From Luminiphilus sp. (lineage in GTDB: Bacteria; Pseudomonadota; Gammaproteobacteria; Pseudomonadales; Halieaceae): 51,966 bases of DNA. Shown here piece after piece: positions 22,751 to 34,288 of the stretch (position 1 is the stretch's first letter; each line of letters starts with the position of its first letter). Below the pieces are notes generated by a model. The model did not search any database. It was not told where the DNA came from and saw only the letters and a list, made by a program, of their open reading frames with translations. The position numbers were made by a program, and so were the translations under genes. The DNA is taken from NCBI GenBank assembly GCA_964218505.1, contig CAXPOA010000203.1:1-51966 (forward strand), read 5' to 3'.

Positions 22751-23965
22751 TCAGCAGGCGGCGCTTGGTGAGAGGAACTCACTGATTAGGACCACCTCGA
22801 TCTCATCACCCACCTGAAACACATCGCCAATGGGGATGATGGCCAGACCATCCGCACGACCTATACTGCTCAGCACACCGCTACCCTGATCTCCTGCCAA
22901 TTCGGCGCTCATGTCTTCGGCCAGCTTTACGCGAAGGTACTCCTCACGGCCACCAGGCCGCGGTCGATCAAAGGACGCGCGACAACGTATACGCCGATGG
23001 CGTGGCACCACCGCCCCTTGCGCCGCCAGCAACCAGGGCTTCACCACCAATCCAAAGGTGACCCACGAGGAGACCGGATTGCCGGGCAAACCGAAAATGG
23101 GGCACTCAAGCACGCGCCCAAAGGCAACAGGCTTGCCTGGTTTAATCGCCAATTTCCAGATATCAATACTGCCCAGAGACTCAATTTGCCCGCGCACATG
23201 ATCCTCTTCCCCCACCGACACACCCCCGGAGGTCACAATACAGTCGGCAATTCCCGCAGCCTGCTGCAAGGCGCTTCTTATTTCGTCGGGGTCATCGCCC
23301 GGGGTATCAAGGACTATTGGCTCACAGCCCAATGCCTGCACCTGACTAGCAAGCTGAACGCTGTTGCTGTTGTAGATCTGCCAGTCCGCGGGCGCTTGTC
23401 CTGGTGCAACAAGCTCATCCCCAGTCGATAATATGGCGACTTTGAGCCGTCGATAAACGTCGATAACCGGAGCACCCGCGGAGGCCACTAACGCTAGATC
23501 TTGGGGTTGCAGCACGCGACCGGCCTCAAGGACTGATTCCCCCAACGCCACATCACTCCCGCGACGGCGGATATGCTGGCCTTGGGTGGCCGACTGCACG
23601 AAGGTGACATGCCCCGCCCCCGACTCCGCGGGGGTGGCGTCTTCCTGCATGACCACAGTATCCGCACCGGGGGGAATGAGGGCCCCGGTGAAAACTCGCG
23701 CGGCGGTACCTGGCTCGAGTTCAGTCGCGGGGGCACCGGCTGGAATGCGCTGACTGACTGGAAGTGTCCCGGGAAGATCAGAGGCACGCAGGGCATAGCC
23801 ATCCATCGCACTATTGTCGAATGGCGGCACATCGCGCTCATTAATCAGGGACTTTCCAAGGACTCTGCCCAAACACTCAAAGATTGACCGGGTCTCGGTG
23901 GCGGGTGGCAGGGGCACCGCGCTCAGAATGTGATCGAGCGCCTCTTGTAGGGGTAACAGCGCCAT
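22751..23965 (-). CDS. moeA: Molybdopterin molybdotransferase
   Basis: PPFDNSAMDGYA, STGDEL, TSGGVSVG, KPGKP, LPGNP. Confidence 0.95.
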   Translation of the reverse strand: MALLPLQEALDHILSAVPLPPATETRSIFECLGRVLGKSLINERDVPPFDNSAMDGYALRASDLPGTLPVSQRIPAGAPATELEPGTAARVFTGALIPPGADTVVMQEDATPAESGAGHVTFVQSATQGQHIRRRGSDVALGESVLEAGRVLQPQDLALVASAGAPVIDVYRRLKVAILSTGDELVAPGQAPADWQIYNSNSVQLASQVQALGCEPIVLDTPGDDPDEIRSALQQAAGIADCIVTSGGVSVGEEDHVRGQIESLGSIDIWKLAIKPGKPVAFGRVLECPIFGLPGNPVSSWVTFGLVVKPWLLAAQGAVVPRHRRIRCRASFDRPRPGGREEYLRVKLAEDMSAELAGDQGSGVLSSIGRADGLAIIPIGDVFQVGDEIEVVLISEFLSPSAAC

Positions 23966-23970
23966 TAGAT

Positions 23971-24480
23971 TTAGCTGGAGCGCAGGACGCCGACGTAATT
24001 ACAAGGGCGATGACGGCTGTCCAACTGCTCTCCAATAATGCCATTCCATGCTGTTTTACAGGCCCCTGTTGATCCCGGCATGCAAAAAATCACCGTGTCA
24101 TTGGCAAAGCCGCCGAGGGCGCGGGATTGAATGGTGGAGGACCCTATTTCGTCATAGGAGAGTTGTCGAAATATCTCACCAAAGCCCTCAATGTTTTTAT
24201 CAAACAGAGGTAGCAGTGCCTCAGGCGTGGAATCGCGTCCTGAAAATCCGGTCCCTCCCGTTACCAGGACGACTGAAACAGCATCAGCTGCTATCCACTG
24301 GGAGACCACAGCCCGGATCTGGTAGATATCATCTCTGACGATGCGCCGCTCGATAACCTGATGTCCCGCCGCTGAGGCGGCCCCGCAAAGGAAATCACCC
24401 GAGGTGTCGTTCTCTTCCGAGCGGGTATCACTCACGGTTAACACCGCAACGCCCAAGCCGATAGGACCTTCATCGCTCAT
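23971..24480 (-). CDS. moaB: Molybdenum cofactor biosynthesis protein B
   Basis: AVLTVSDTR, TGGTG..RDSTPEA, QSRA, LDSRHRPCN. Confidence 0.95.
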   Translation of the reverse strand: MSDEGPIGLGVAVLTVSDTRSEENDTSGDFLCGAASAAGHQVIERRIVRDDIYQIRAVVSQWIAADAVSVVLVTGGTGFSGRDSTPEALLPLFDKNIEGFGEIFRQLSYDEIGSSTIQSRALGGFANDTVIFCMPGSTGACKTAWNGIIGEQLDSRHRPCNYVGVLRSS

Positions 24481-25352
24481 GGAATTTGCTCCTGACAATA
24501 AATTTCAATATATCGTCTAACTGCCCGCTCTATAAAATCACGCCAAGGCCGTCGCTGAATACCAAAACGATGGCGGATTGCACCACAGTCCAGCGCCCGA
24601 TTAACGATGGGAGTCGTAAAATCCTCCTGCAATAGTGCAGTTGATCCCGCCATGGCATCAAACTGGGACGCAACCGCCACCACGGCCTCAACAAAGGAAA
24701 AATAGCCCGTATCCCCCTCGCTGCCGTAGTGGAACAACCCACGGGCCGGCGCGCCCACATCGATCTGATCAATGATGCCGGCAATAACCCGTGCGACCTC
24801 GGCACTGTGCACGGGGCAATCCCTCCTATTATCTGAGGCGAGGATGGGTTCTTCTGCACGAAGCTGATCGAGCAAGCGCTGAAAGGGGCTGGGACCCCGG
24901 CCAGAGAAAACCCAGCCCAAACGCAAAATGAACAGGGATTCGATCAATCCCGACAGATGGCGCTCGGTATCCATCATGATCTGTCCAAGCGCATCGGTCG
25001 CATCGGGCGCGTCACTCTCACGGTAAGCGCGTCGAAGCGACCCCGAAAACACGCGGGAACTGGACAACAAAAAGTAACGACAGCCCATTTTGGCACTGGT
25101 TTCGCCAAGCCATTTGGTGCGCTCAAGGTCCTCGGGCTGCAAATCATTTTCCCGATCGATCAAGCTGATCAGACGCGCATCAAGAATGATGCCGGGGTCG
25201 GCGGACTTGAGGAGTTTTTTTGCATGACGGGAACGCTTGAGTCGTGTTGACTCAAGGGGCGCCTGAATTAATTCATGCCGCTGCAGGGGCGCGAGAAATG
25301 CCCGCAGTGAATAACCGATGGGGGTATCTGCCCCGAGTAATAAAATACGCAA
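24477..25352 (-). CDS. RmlD-like sugar-nucleotide-binding SDR protein (degenerate active site)
   Basis: MRILLLGA..G Rossmann start; SSSRVFSG..YRESD, ILRLGWVF, GLFHY, RPWR typical of the RmlD fold. Confidence 0.8.
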   Translation of the reverse strand: MRILLLGADTPIGYSLRAFLAPLQRHELIQAPLESTRLKRSRHAKKLLKSADPGIILDARLISLIDRENDLQPEDLERTKWLGETSAKMGCRYFLLSSSRVFSGSLRRAYRESDAPDATDALGQIMMDTERHLSGLIESLFILRLGWVFSGRGPSPFQRLLDQLRAEEPILASDNRRDCPVHSAEVARVIAGIIDQIDVGAPARGLFHYGSEGDTGYFSFVEAVVAVASQFDAMAGSTALLQEDFTTPIVNRALDCGAIRHRFGIQRRPWRDFIERAVRRYIEIYCQEQIP

Positions 25353-25383
25353 GCGTCAAAACACCCCGAGACCGGCCATTGGA

Positions 25384-25845
25384 TCAGAATGGGATATCGT
25401 CATCCATTGGGTCAAAAGAACCACCGGCGGGTGCTGCCTGGGGTGCGGCTGGCGCGCTCTGGGCGTAATCGTTACTCGCTGGTTGGCCGCCGTAACTATC
25501 GCCTCCCCGGCTATCAAGCATTTGCATTTCATTGGCCACCACCTCTGTGGTGTAACGGTCCTGGCCACTCTGATCCTGCCATTTGCGAGTCCGCAACGAA
25601 CCCTCGACGTAGACTTTTGATCCCTTTCGCAAATACTCGGCGGCAATTTCCGCGAGACGATTAAAAAACACGACCCGATGCCACTCGGTGCGCTCCTGAG
25701 GCTGTCCAGTATTTTTATCCTTCCAGGTCTCGGAGGTGGCAATGCTGATGTTTGTTATCGCCGCTCCGGCTTGAGACATACGATGCTCTGGGTCCGCACC
25801 GAGATTGCCCACCAAAATGACCTTGTTAATGCCTCGGGACGCCAT
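25384..25845 (-). CDS. ssb: Single-stranded DNA-binding protein
   Basis: [18 protein letters not shown]-terminal DDDIPF. Confidence 0.99.
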   Translation of the reverse strand: MASRGINKVILVGNLGADPEHRMSQAGAAITNISIATSETWKDKNTGQPQERTEWHRVVFFNRLAEIAAEYLRKGSKVYVEGSLRTRKWQDQSGQDRYTTEVVANEMQMLDSRGGDSYGGQPASNDYAQSAPAAPQAAPAGGSFDPMDDDIPF

Positions 25846-25939
25846 AACCTACTCCAGACTTGAACCCACGTTGGGGATGAACTAATGAACCAGCCTCAGA
25901 CTATAACAACGCTGTGTGATGGTGGCGAGCACTGGACCG

Positions 25940-27136
25940 TTATTCACTGAAATTGGCCGGCTTTGCGATCAGCAGCGGTCGTATCCAGAGCAGGGCCGCC
26001 CAGAGGCACAAACAACAGACCACCAAAATCAGTACTCCGGATGCGCCCCCGGCACCGAGAATAAACCCCCCGGCTGTGCCGCCAACAAAAATGCCAAGAA
26101 ACTGGCTGGTTGCGAAAAACCCCATGGCGGTACCTCGACGTCGCCCCGGCGCCAGACGGCTTACCGTCGCGGGTAACAGGGCCTCCAGAGCATTGATTCC
26201 TGTGAACAACAGAATGAAGCCTGTCACGACGAACCAGAGACCAGCTCCCTGAATAACAAGGATCACTCCCAAGCTGAATGGGACGATAGCAACCATTATC
26301 GGTACCCTGGGATCGGCCGCATCACGCCCCTTCTTCATGATTAGCAGAGCCGGGGCGACCGAGAGCATCACAGTCCCGAGATACAGAACGCTGTGCTGGG
26401 CTGGCGGGACTCCCAAGCCCTCCGCGAGGGCCTGTGGGGCTATCAGGAAAGCTGCCATCATCAAGCCATGCAGCAAAAATACACTGACGTAGAGAACAGG
26501 TAAGCCCCCCCCAAGGACATGAGACACTTCCCACTCGCCCCGCACCGTAGCCAATGGCTGGGCAGGCGCCGCAGGCAGCGCCACCAGCACGACAAACAGG
26601 CCAATCAATCCTAGGCATGCAGTTAACAAAAAGACCGCTCCAAGACCGAAACGGGACGCAATGGCGGGTCCTAGTACGATCGCAAGCACGAAAGAAACAC
26701 CGACACTGGCCCCGATGATCGCCATCGCCTTGGTGCGCTGGGAATCTCGGGTGTAATCCGCGGCCAGTGCCGCAAGCGCAGCCGCGATGGCACCGCATCC
26801 CTGAATAAACCGGCCCGCGATAATTCCGTAAATGGATTCTGCAAGCGCGGCTATAAAACTGCCGCCGATAAACAGTAGGAGTCCACCAATCACCACCGGG
26901 CGGCGTCCAATCCGATCCGAGAGCCAGCCCAGTGGCAGCTGCAGAATTGCCTGAGTCAGACCGTAAGCGCCGAGGGCAATACCCAGGGTTTCAGGGGTAG
27001 CGCCGGGCATATCCACCGCATAAAGACCCAGCACCGGTAAAACCATAAACAACCCGAGCATGCGAAAGCTGTAAAGGCTGCCTAAGGTCAGGATGGCCTT
27101 CCGTTCGTCAGGCGTAAAGGAATTGGGCGTGGTCAC
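25940..27136 (-). CDS. MFS transporter (YajR-like)
   Basis: [24 protein letters not shown] motif A; conserved position between ssb and uvrA; probable GTG start at 27136. Confidence 0.88.
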   Translation of the reverse strand: MTTPNSFTPDERKAILTLGSLYSFRMLGLFMVLPVLGLYAVDMPGATPETLGIALGAYGLTQAILQLPLGWLSDRIGRRPVVIGGLLLFIGGSFIAALAESIYGIIAGRFIQGCGAIAAALAALAADYTRDSQRTKAMAIIGASVGVSFVLAIVLGPAIASRFGLGAVFLLTACLGLIGLFVVLVALPAAPAQPLATVRGEWEVSHVLGGGLPVLYVSVFLLHGLMMAAFLIAPQALAEGLGVPPAQHSVLYLGTVMLSVAPALLIMKKGRDAADPRVPIMVAIVPFSLGVILVIQGAGLWFVVTGFILLFTGINALEALLPATVSRLAPGRRRGTAMGFFATSQFLGIFVGGTAGGFILGAGGASGVLILVVCCLCLWAALLWIRPLLIAKPANFSE

Positions 27137-27258
27137 AGCGCGATTCGATAACCAAATACGCAGTCTACCACGACACAACTGTGAACCAGGCCATCGAACC
27201 CCGTATCAGTTGCGTATACTCCGCTACCGGCAGTTCTTTCGACGCACAGGCTACATTC

Positions 27259-30165
27259 ATGGATACCATTCAGGTCCGCGGCGCACGCACCCACAATCTC
27301 AAGAATATCGACTTGGATATTCCCAGAGACAAACTCGTGGTGATTACCGGGCTGTCCGGATCCGGCAAATCCTCTCTGGCCTTTGACACCCTTTATGCGG
27401 AAGGTCAGCGGCGTTACGTGGAATCCTTATCTACCTACGCGCGGCAATTCCTGTCGATGATGGAAAAACCGGACATCGATCATATTGAGGGACTCTCACC
27501 CGCCATTTCCATTGAGCAGAAATCCACCTCCCACAACCCCCGCTCCACGGTCGGCACAATCACCGAAATTTATGACTACCTCCGCCTCCTGTTTGCCCGG
27601 GTGGGCGATCCACGGTGTCCAACCCATGGGGTTACTCTCAAAGCACAAACCGTGAGCCAGATGGTGGATGCCGTGCTGGCCAAACCCGAGGGCAGCAAGC
27701 TGATGCTGCTTGCACCGGTGGTGCGGGACCGAAAAGGCGAGCACCTACACGTATTCGAACAGATGCGGGCTGCCGGGTTCGTTCGGGTTCGCGTCGACGG
27801 CATTTTGGTCGACCTCGATGACGTGCCTGCACTTGATAAAAAACGAAAGCACAGCATTGACGTGGTCGTGGATAGATTCAAAGTCCGCGACGATCTCGCG
27901 CTGCGTCTCGCGGAGTCTTTCGAAACCGCACTCGAATTGACCGATGGACTGGCCTCGGTAGCGCCCATGGAGGGCGAAACCGGTGAGCCGCTGTTGTTTT
28001 CGGCACGCTATGCCTGCCCCGAATGTGGCCACGCTATCGACGAGCTAGAACCTCGCCTGTTTTCCTTCAACAATCCTGCAGGCGCCTGTGACAGCTGCGA
28101 TGGTCTAGGCGTCACTCAGTACTTCGATGAGAGTCGCGTGGTATCCCATCCCGAGGCAAGTCTCGCTGCTGGCGCGATTAGGGGATGGGACCGCCGTAAC
28201 GTCTATTATTTTCACATCCTGAGTTCACTCGCCGATCACTATGGCTTTGATATCGACAAGCCCTTCGAAAAGCTGGCCAAAAAACACCGAGATCTCATCC
28301 TGTACGGTAACAAGGGCGAAGAAATTGAATTCGCCTACATCAATGATCGAGGCACGGTCTTTAAACGCCGGCATGCATTTGAGGGTGTCCTGCCAAACTT
28401 TGAACGCCGCTACAGGGAAACCGAGTCCCAAGGGGTACGAGAAGAACTTTCAAAGTACGTGTCCACCGCTCCCTGTCAGGCATGTGAGGGAACACGCCTA
28501 TGTACCGATGCCAGAAACGTCTTTGTTGACGAGCGCACGCTGCCACAAATCACGCACCTGCCCGTCGGTGAGGCTCATGCCTATTTCGAGGATCTCAACC
28601 TCGAAGGCCGAGCAGGAGAAATTGCCGATAAGATTCTCAAGGAATTGCGGGCGAGATATCGGTTTCTCGTGGATGTTGGTCTCAACTACCTGACACTGGA
28701 TCGCAGTGCGGAAACCCTCTCGGGTGGAGAAGCTCAGCGGATCCGGCTGGCGTCGCAGATAGGTGCCGGGCTGGTGGGTGTAATGTATATCCTCGACGAG
28801 CCCTCCATTGGTCTGCACCAACGGGATAACGAGCGTCTGTTACGCACCTTGACCCACCTGCGTGACTTGGGGAATACGGTGTTGGTGGTGGAACACGATG
28901 AAGACGCCATCCGCACTGCTGATCACGTTATCGATATTGGACCCGGCGCAGGAGTCCACGGCGGAGAAATTGTTGCCGAAGGGCCTATCGACAGCATCAT
29001 GGCGGTGGAGGCATCGCTCACGGGTGCCTATATGTCAGGCAAACGGGCCATTGCAGTGCCCTCGCGTCGTACACCCGCCGATCCAAAGCGCCAGTTGGTT
29101 ATCGAGGGAGCTACCGGCAATAATCTGAAAGGGGTCAAACTAGAGCTTCCAGTGGGGCTATTAACCTGCGTCACTGGGGTATCCGGTTCAGGGAAGTCGA
29201 CTTTGATAAACGGAACTCTCTACCCGCTGGCAGCCACTGCCTTAAACGGCGCTACCACTCTCAAGGCCGCCCCTCACAAGCGCCTGAGTGGCATTGATCA
29301 TTTTGATAAATGCATCGACATTGACCAGTCGCCGATTGGCCGCACGCCACGATCAAATCCAGCGACTTATACCGGGATCTTTACCCCGATACGGGAACTG
29401 TTTGCGGGAACCCAAGAAGCCCGCTCCCGAGGTTATAAGCCAGGGCGCTTCAGCTTCAACGTGCGTGGCGGACGATGCGAGGCCTGTCAGGGCGACGGGG
29501 TCACCAAGGTGGAAATGCATTTTCTACCGGATATTTACGTGCCCTGTGATGTTTGCAAGGGCAAACGCTACAACCGGGAGACACTGGAAATTCGCTACAA
29601 AGGGCAGAATATCTTTGAAGTGCTCGATATGACCGTCGAGGACGCGCTAGCCTTTTTCGAACCTGTTCCGGTAATCCACCGCAAACTGCAGACCCTTGTG
29701 GATGTGGGCCTTTCCTATATCCGCTTAGGGCAGGCAGCCACCACCCTCTCGGGTGGAGAAGCGCAGCGAGTGAAGCTGGCAAAGGAACTGTCCAAGCGAG
29801 ATACCGGTAGCACGCTGTACATTCTCGACGAGCCCACCACCGGTTTGCACTTCGAGGATATCCGACAACTCCTTGAGGTGCTTCACCGATTGCGCGATGG
29901 GGGCAACACCGTCGTCATTATTGAGCACAACCTTGACGTGATAAAAACGGCTGACTGGCTCATCGATCTCGGTCCAGAGGGCGGATCAGGAGGTGGGGAG
30001 ATCATTGCAACCGGGACTCCCGAAGCCGTGGCAGACAACCCGGACTCTCATACGGGACGTTTCCTCAAGACGCTCCTCGCGGGCAGCGAGTCGCCCTGCG
30101 GCAAATCCGCTGCCAAAACTAAAGCCGCTTCCCGTAGCAGAAGCAAAAAACCGAAAGCCGCCTAG
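27259..30165 (+). CDS. uvrA: Excinuclease ABC subunit A
   Basis: [16 protein letters not shown]; two Walker A motifs ([16 protein letters not shown]); LSGGE twice; Zn-finger Cys pairs. Confidence 0.99.
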   Translation: MDTIQVRGARTHNLKNIDLDIPRDKLVVITGLSGSGKSSLAFDTLYAEGQRRYVESLSTYARQFLSMMEKPDIDHIEGLSPAISIEQKSTSHNPRSTVGTITEIYDYLRLLFARVGDPRCPTHGVTLKAQTVSQMVDAVLAKPEGSKLMLLAPVVRDRKGEHLHVFEQMRAAGFVRVRVDGILVDLDDVPALDKKRKHSIDVVVDRFKVRDDLALRLAESFETALELTDGLASVAPMEGETGEPLLFSARYACPECGHAIDELEPRLFSFNNPAGACDSCDGLGVTQYFDESRVVSHPEASLAAGAIRGWDRRNVYYFHILSSLADHYGFDIDKPFEKLAKKHRDLILYGNKGEEIEFAYINDRGTVFKRRHAFEGVLPNFERRYRETESQGVREELSKYVSTAPCQACEGTRLCTDARNVFVDERTLPQITHLPVGEAHAYFEDLNLEGRAGEIADKILKELRARYRFLVDVGLNYLTLDRSAETLSGGEAQRIRLASQIGAGLVGVMYILDEPSIGLHQRDNERLLRTLTHLRDLGNTVLVVEHDEDAIRTADHVIDIGPGAGVHGGEIVAEGPIDSIMAVEASLTGAYMSGKRAIAVPSRRTPADPKRQLVIEGATGNNLKGVKLELPVGLLTCVTGVSGSGKSTLINGTLYPLAATALNGATTLKAAPHKRLSGIDHFDKCIDIDQSPIGRTPRSNPATYTGIFTPIRELFAGTQEARSRGYKPGRFSFNVRGGRCEACQGDGVTKVEMHFLPDIYVPCDVCKGKRYNRETLEIRYKGQNIFEVLDMTVEDALAFFEPVPVIHRKLQTLVDVGLSYIRLGQAATTLSGGEAQRVKLAKELSKRDTGSTLYILDEPTTGLHFEDIRQLLEVLHRLRDGGNTVVIIEHNLDVIKTADWLIDLGPEGGSGGGEIIATGTPEAVADNPDSHTGRFLKTLLAGSESPCGKSAAKTKAASRSRSKKPKAA

Positions 30166-30301
30166 ACAGCCGCACTGAGTTCAAGGACCGAATTTGAGTG
30201 CGCTTGACCTAAAATGACACCCTTCTGACGGCATCAGACATCGTAACGCAGCACCCACGTGCTCTAATGCCCGTGCTCTATAACAATAATTAGGCATCGC
30301 G

Positions 30302-31537
30302 ATGAACATGGCCCTAGCAAACCCTTCGGCAGTGCCTGTCGAGGACATCGACGTCTCCGATCCAACCCTTTACCAAACGGACAGCTGGCGACCCTGGTTT
30401 GCGCGCTTGAGGGCGGAGGATCCGGTTCACTGGACGGAGAATGAGGCTTTTGGGGGCTTCTGGTCGGTAACCCGCTTCGAAGACATCGTCGCTGTCGACA
30501 AAAATCACCATGACTTTTCGTCTGAACCTGCGATCACCATTGGAGATTATGGGGACGACCTACCGGTCAGACAGTTTATTGCCATGGACCCTCCTATTCA
30601 CGATATCCAGAGAAGAGCGGTTCAAGGGGTGGTAGCGCCAAAGAATCTGGCAGATCTGGAAGCCCTGATCAGGCATCGCGTTGTTGACATGCTAGAGGGG
30701 CTGCCTGTGGGTGAGGCCTTCGACTGGGTAGAGCATGTCTCCATCAATTTGACGACCCAAATGCTCGCCACGATTTTCGACTTCCCGTTTGAAGACCGCG
30801 CGAAGCTTCCCTTCTGGTCCGACATGGCGACCTCTTTACCAGAAATAGCAGGTGGTGCGGGCAATAATGATGCGCGTACCAAGGCGCTCACCGAGTGTCT
30901 CGAGACCTTCACCGCACTCTGGCATGAGCGGAAACATAATCCGCCCGGCACCATGGACTTAATCAGCATGATGGCAACCAACCCAAACACCGCAGGGATG
31001 GTTGATGATCCTCTGGAATACTTGGGCAACATCATCTTGCTGATCGTGGGCGGCAACGACACCACCCGAAATTCAATCACCGGTGGCGTTCTTGCACTCA
31101 ATGAACACCCGGATCAGTACGACAAGTTGAAAGCCCACCCGGCGTTGGTGCCCTCGCTGGTGCCTGAGATTATTCGATGGCAAACGCCGTTAATGCACAT
31201 GCGCCGGCTGGCAAACAAGGATGTTGAACTGGGCGGCAAAACAATTCGCAAGGGCGACAAGGTGGTCATGTGGTACCTGTCTGGCAACCACGACGAAAGG
31301 GCTATCCATAATCCCAATAGCTTCATTATTGATCGTGATAACCCTCGGTTTCATCTTTCCTTTGGATTTGGCATTCACCGTTGTATGGGAAATCGTCTTG
31401 GAGAAATGCAGCTCAGAATTTTGTGGGAAGAACTATTGAGCCGATTCTCACATGTGGAGGTAGCGGGAAAGCCCGTCCGGGTACAGTCGAACTTTGTGCG
31501 TGGCTTTGAATCCATGCCTGTGATCTTGCACAAGTAG
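30302..31537 (+). CDS. Cytochrome P450, CYP153 (alkane/fatty-acid hydroxylase)-like
   Basis: FIAMDPP, LLIVGGNDTT, EIIRWQTP, heme motif FGFGIHRCMG. Confidence 0.9.
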   Translation: MNMALANPSAVPVEDIDVSDPTLYQTDSWRPWFARLRAEDPVHWTENEAFGGFWSVTRFEDIVAVDKNHHDFSSEPAITIGDYGDDLPVRQFIAMDPPIHDIQRRAVQGVVAPKNLADLEALIRHRVVDMLEGLPVGEAFDWVEHVSINLTTQMLATIFDFPFEDRAKLPFWSDMATSLPEIAGGAGNNDARTKALTECLETFTALWHERKHNPPGTMDLISMMATNPNTAGMVDDPLEYLGNIILLIVGGNDTTRNSITGGVLALNEHPDQYDKLKAHPALVPSLVPEIIRWQTPLMHMRRLANKDVELGGKTIRKGDKVVMWYLSGNHDERAIHNPNSFIIDRDNPRFHLSFGFGIHRCMGNRLGEMQLRILWEELLSRFSHVEVAGKPVRVQSNFVRGFESMPVILHK

Positions 31538-31627
31538 CCAGTTGGCATCGCACGGCTGCAGAAAACCAGTAGGGGAAAACACACCCCGTCTTGATGACGT
31601 TTCAGCACAGGAACGAGAATAATAACC

Positions 31628-33373
31628 ATGACCTTTAAAAATAGTCCTCATACTCACTCGTCCTCTACCAACACTTTCACTCACTGGCTGGGAGTCTGCA
31701 GTGCACTCCTGCTCATCAGTCTTGCGCCTGTCGTTATGGGCGCCGTTTCAGGGAGCGAGCAGCGGGTAAATCCCGAGCTGCTGGAATTGCAACAGAAACA
31801 AAAACCAATCCTGCGAAAACTTGGAGACCGGGTTTACGCCACAGAATTTATTGGCTACTCAAACCACGGATTTATCGAAGGCGAGGACGGCATCATCGTC
31901 ATCGATGGCGGCTGGTTTCCGACGACTACCCAGCGCGCGATCTCCGAACTGCGGGAATTCACCGACAAGCCAGTAGCAGCCATTATCTACACCCACCTGC
32001 ATCTGGATCATTTTGGCGGGATCGGGCCAATCATGGCAGATCAGCCCACCGATATACCCGTTTACGCCCCAGCAGGATGGGAACACTGGGTTACACGCCT
32101 CTTAAGACAAGATCGAGAGTCGATCCTTCGTCGGGTCTATTTACAGATGGGAATGCTCCTACCTCAGGGAGAAGACGGGACCGTTGGAAACGGAATAGGC
32201 CCCTCCCCCATACCCGAGCCCAATGACCCACTCAGCTTCCCTCCCACAATCGACGTAGATCAGCCTCTTGATCTTGTCATTGCGGGAGTCCCCTTGCACA
32301 TCATGCCCATGGAAGGCGACGTTACCGAGCATATCTGGGTATGGCTGCCAGAAGATCGCATTTTATTCAGCGGCGATTCACCACCTCACGGGGTGTTCCC
32401 GGCGGTTGAAACCGCGCGGTTTGAGATCGGTCGCAATCCAGATGAAATGTTGCGCGCGGTTGAAACCTCTCTCTCCCTGCAGCCAGAAGCGATTGTGCCG
32501 GGCCACTCCCGAATATTAAGAGGCCGGGACGAGATCGATCGCATCATGTCAGAGACCCGCGATGCCATCGGATTTTTAGTGGATCAGGTAAACCGGTTTT
32601 TCCTTGCAAACCGTTCCGCCGATGAGTTACTCGATACCGTAAGTCTCCCGCCGGCAATTGCGGCCAGCCCCGATCTACAGCCCTACTACCATCGCTGGGA
32701 ATGGATGGTACGCCAGCGTTTCGTCAAGCTCGGTGGGTTTATTGACGATTCCATGGACTACCTTTCACTCAATGAACTGGAAGAGTCACGCAGGCTGGTG
32801 CCCTTATTAGGCGGGGTCGATCGTGTGCTCGCTCTTGCCGACACCAGTATCGAAGGAGACCCGCGCTGGTCTGCCCGGCTAGCCACTTACGTTCTGCACT
32901 CCGACAACGAGAACGATGCTGCCAGGGCTATTCGCCAGCGCGCCTTTCTAAAGGTTGCACAGACGACTACCAGTGCCAATGAACGAAACTACATGCTCGG
33001 ACTAATTCTGGAAGAACAGGGGAAAATAAACTTTCAGCGCCAGTTGGCGCCACTCAATCAGCGCGCCTATGGACAACTAAGCAACCGTGTCTTGCTGGAA
33101 AGACTTAAGGCGCGATTGAAGGCAGAGGATGCCGATCACATGAATCAACGGCTCTCTCTTGCTGTCGGCCAGGATCGCTTTTTGCTGACCCTTAGAAACA
33201 ATGTCCTTTTGATTGATGACGCCCTCGAGCAGGACGATTGGCCGGACACAGCGCGCGCAACCATGACCCGCGAAGAGCTCATAGCAGTCGTGGCTCACAT
33301 CACCTCACTAAATTCCCTCGCTGGCTGGCAGCAAGCCAGCGCGCAAGCGCTTGCCAGCCTTATAGAAGACTAA
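31628..33373 (+). CDS. Secreted alkyl/aryl sulfatase (metallo-beta-lactamase fold)
   Basis: Signal-like N-terminus; YTHLHLDHFGG, VWLPE..LFSGD, VPGH; dimerisation domain (LLGG, RW.A, NERNY) and SCP2-like C-terminus. Confidence 0.8.
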   Translation: MTFKNSPHTHSSSTNTFTHWLGVCSALLLISLAPVVMGAVSGSEQRVNPELLELQQKQKPILRKLGDRVYATEFIGYSNHGFIEGEDGIIVIDGGWFPTTTQRAISELREFTDKPVAAIIYTHLHLDHFGGIGPIMADQPTDIPVYAPAGWEHWVTRLLRQDRESILRRVYLQMGMLLPQGEDGTVGNGIGPSPIPEPNDPLSFPPTIDVDQPLDLVIAGVPLHIMPMEGDVTEHIWVWLPEDRILFSGDSPPHGVFPAVETARFEIGRNPDEMLRAVETSLSLQPEAIVPGHSRILRGRDEIDRIMSETRDAIGFLVDQVNRFFLANRSADELLDTVSLPPAIAASPDLQPYYHRWEWMVRQRFVKLGGFIDDSMDYLSLNELEESRRLVPLLGGVDRVLALADTSIEGDPRWSARLATYVLHSDNENDAARAIRQRAFLKVAQTTTSANERNYMLGLILEEQGKINFQRQLAPLNQRAYGQLSNRVLLERLKARLKAEDADHMNQRLSLAVGQDRFLLTLRNNVLLIDDALEQDDWPDTARATMTREELIAVVAHITSLNSLAGWQQASAQALASLIED

Positions 33374-33379
33374 AGGCGC

Positions 33380-34288
33380 TTACTGGTAGTAGGCGGGTGC
33401 TTTCTTCTGGGAATCGAACAAGGCGGCATCATGCTGTAGCCAAAAATCCGCGCCACGTGTGGCAACCAAGTTCTCGACCTTGGTCATGGATCGGAGAGTT
33501 TGTTCTGCATCCACATTGAACAGAGGGACAATCCGATTCTTCCGGCTATAGCGAAAGTGATAAAGGTCCCCTGACAGTATCACTGGTCCCGTTTCGGCTA
33601 ACTCTACGTAAAGGACCTGGTGCCCTGGGGTGTGGCCCTCGGCCGCTATCACCCTGACGCGGCCGTCACCAAAGACATCATGGTCTCCATTGAGAACCTG
33701 CGTCGGTCGATTTTTTATCCCCGAGAGAAGCTCGGGCTGAACTGCAGGGACTCCAAGGCTGTCTTCTGCGTGGGCCGCATCGTAATCCCCCTGCTGTACC
33801 AGCCAAGTGCCGCTAGACACATCATTTGCGGCCCCCACGTGATCCCAATGGATGTGAGAAAAGGCAACATACTCAAGACCGCCCAGATCGAAACCTAAAT
33901 TCAGACGCGCTAACTGAGAGGCAAGACTTTCGGTGAGGACCGAGGCGAAGCCATCCTCTCGAACCTGCCACCCCTCCTGCTGTGCCAGACTACTTGGTAA
34001 GCCTGCATCCCATAACAATTGACCCTCGGGATGGTCAATGACATAACAGGGCGCCGAGAGTTCTCGCACCTCTGTATCGGTTTGTTTCAAATTGAACCCC
34101 GCTATAGATGCGAAGCGTAGCCGCCCGCAGTCGAAGATATACAGCTTGATCGGCTGCATGGTTAATTCCCGATCGGTCACCTCGGGTCCGAATAGGCTTT
34201 CGTTTTGAGGTTGAGCCGGTTCATCCCCTTGGCAGGCGATCAAAAGAAAACTAATCAACCCCATAGACAGTAACTTGACTGATCGCAT
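33380..34288 (-). CDS. N-acyl-homoserine lactonase-like MBL hydrolase, lipoprotein
   Basis: Start MRSVK at 34288; lipobox LLIAC; SHIHWDH, GHTPGH, SGDLYH, QHD. Confidence 0.82.
   Translation of the reverse strand: MRSVKLLSMGLISFLLIACQGDEPAQPQNESLFGPEVTDRELTMQPIKLYIFDCGRLRFASIAGFNLKQTDTEVRELSAPCYVIDHPEGQLLWDAGLPSSLAQQEGWQVREDGFASVLTESLASQLARLNLGFDLGGLEYVAFSHIHWDHVGAANDVSSGTWLVQQGDYDAAHAEDSLGVPAVQPELLSGIKNRPTQVLNGDHDVFGDGRVRVIAAEGHTPGHQVLYVELAETGPVILSGDLYHFRYSRKNRIVPLFNVDAEQTLRSMTKVENLVATRGADFWLQHDAALFDSQKKAPAYYQ

Noticed and set aside
27137-27258. LexA box or ECF promoter before uvrA
   Set aside because: CTGTGAACCAGGCCAT does not end in CAG, and the CGTA sites lack a good -35 at 16-nt spacing.
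30085-30165. Lys/Ala-rich C-terminal tail of UvrA
   Set aside because: Low-complexity tails are common and nothing here supports a special function.
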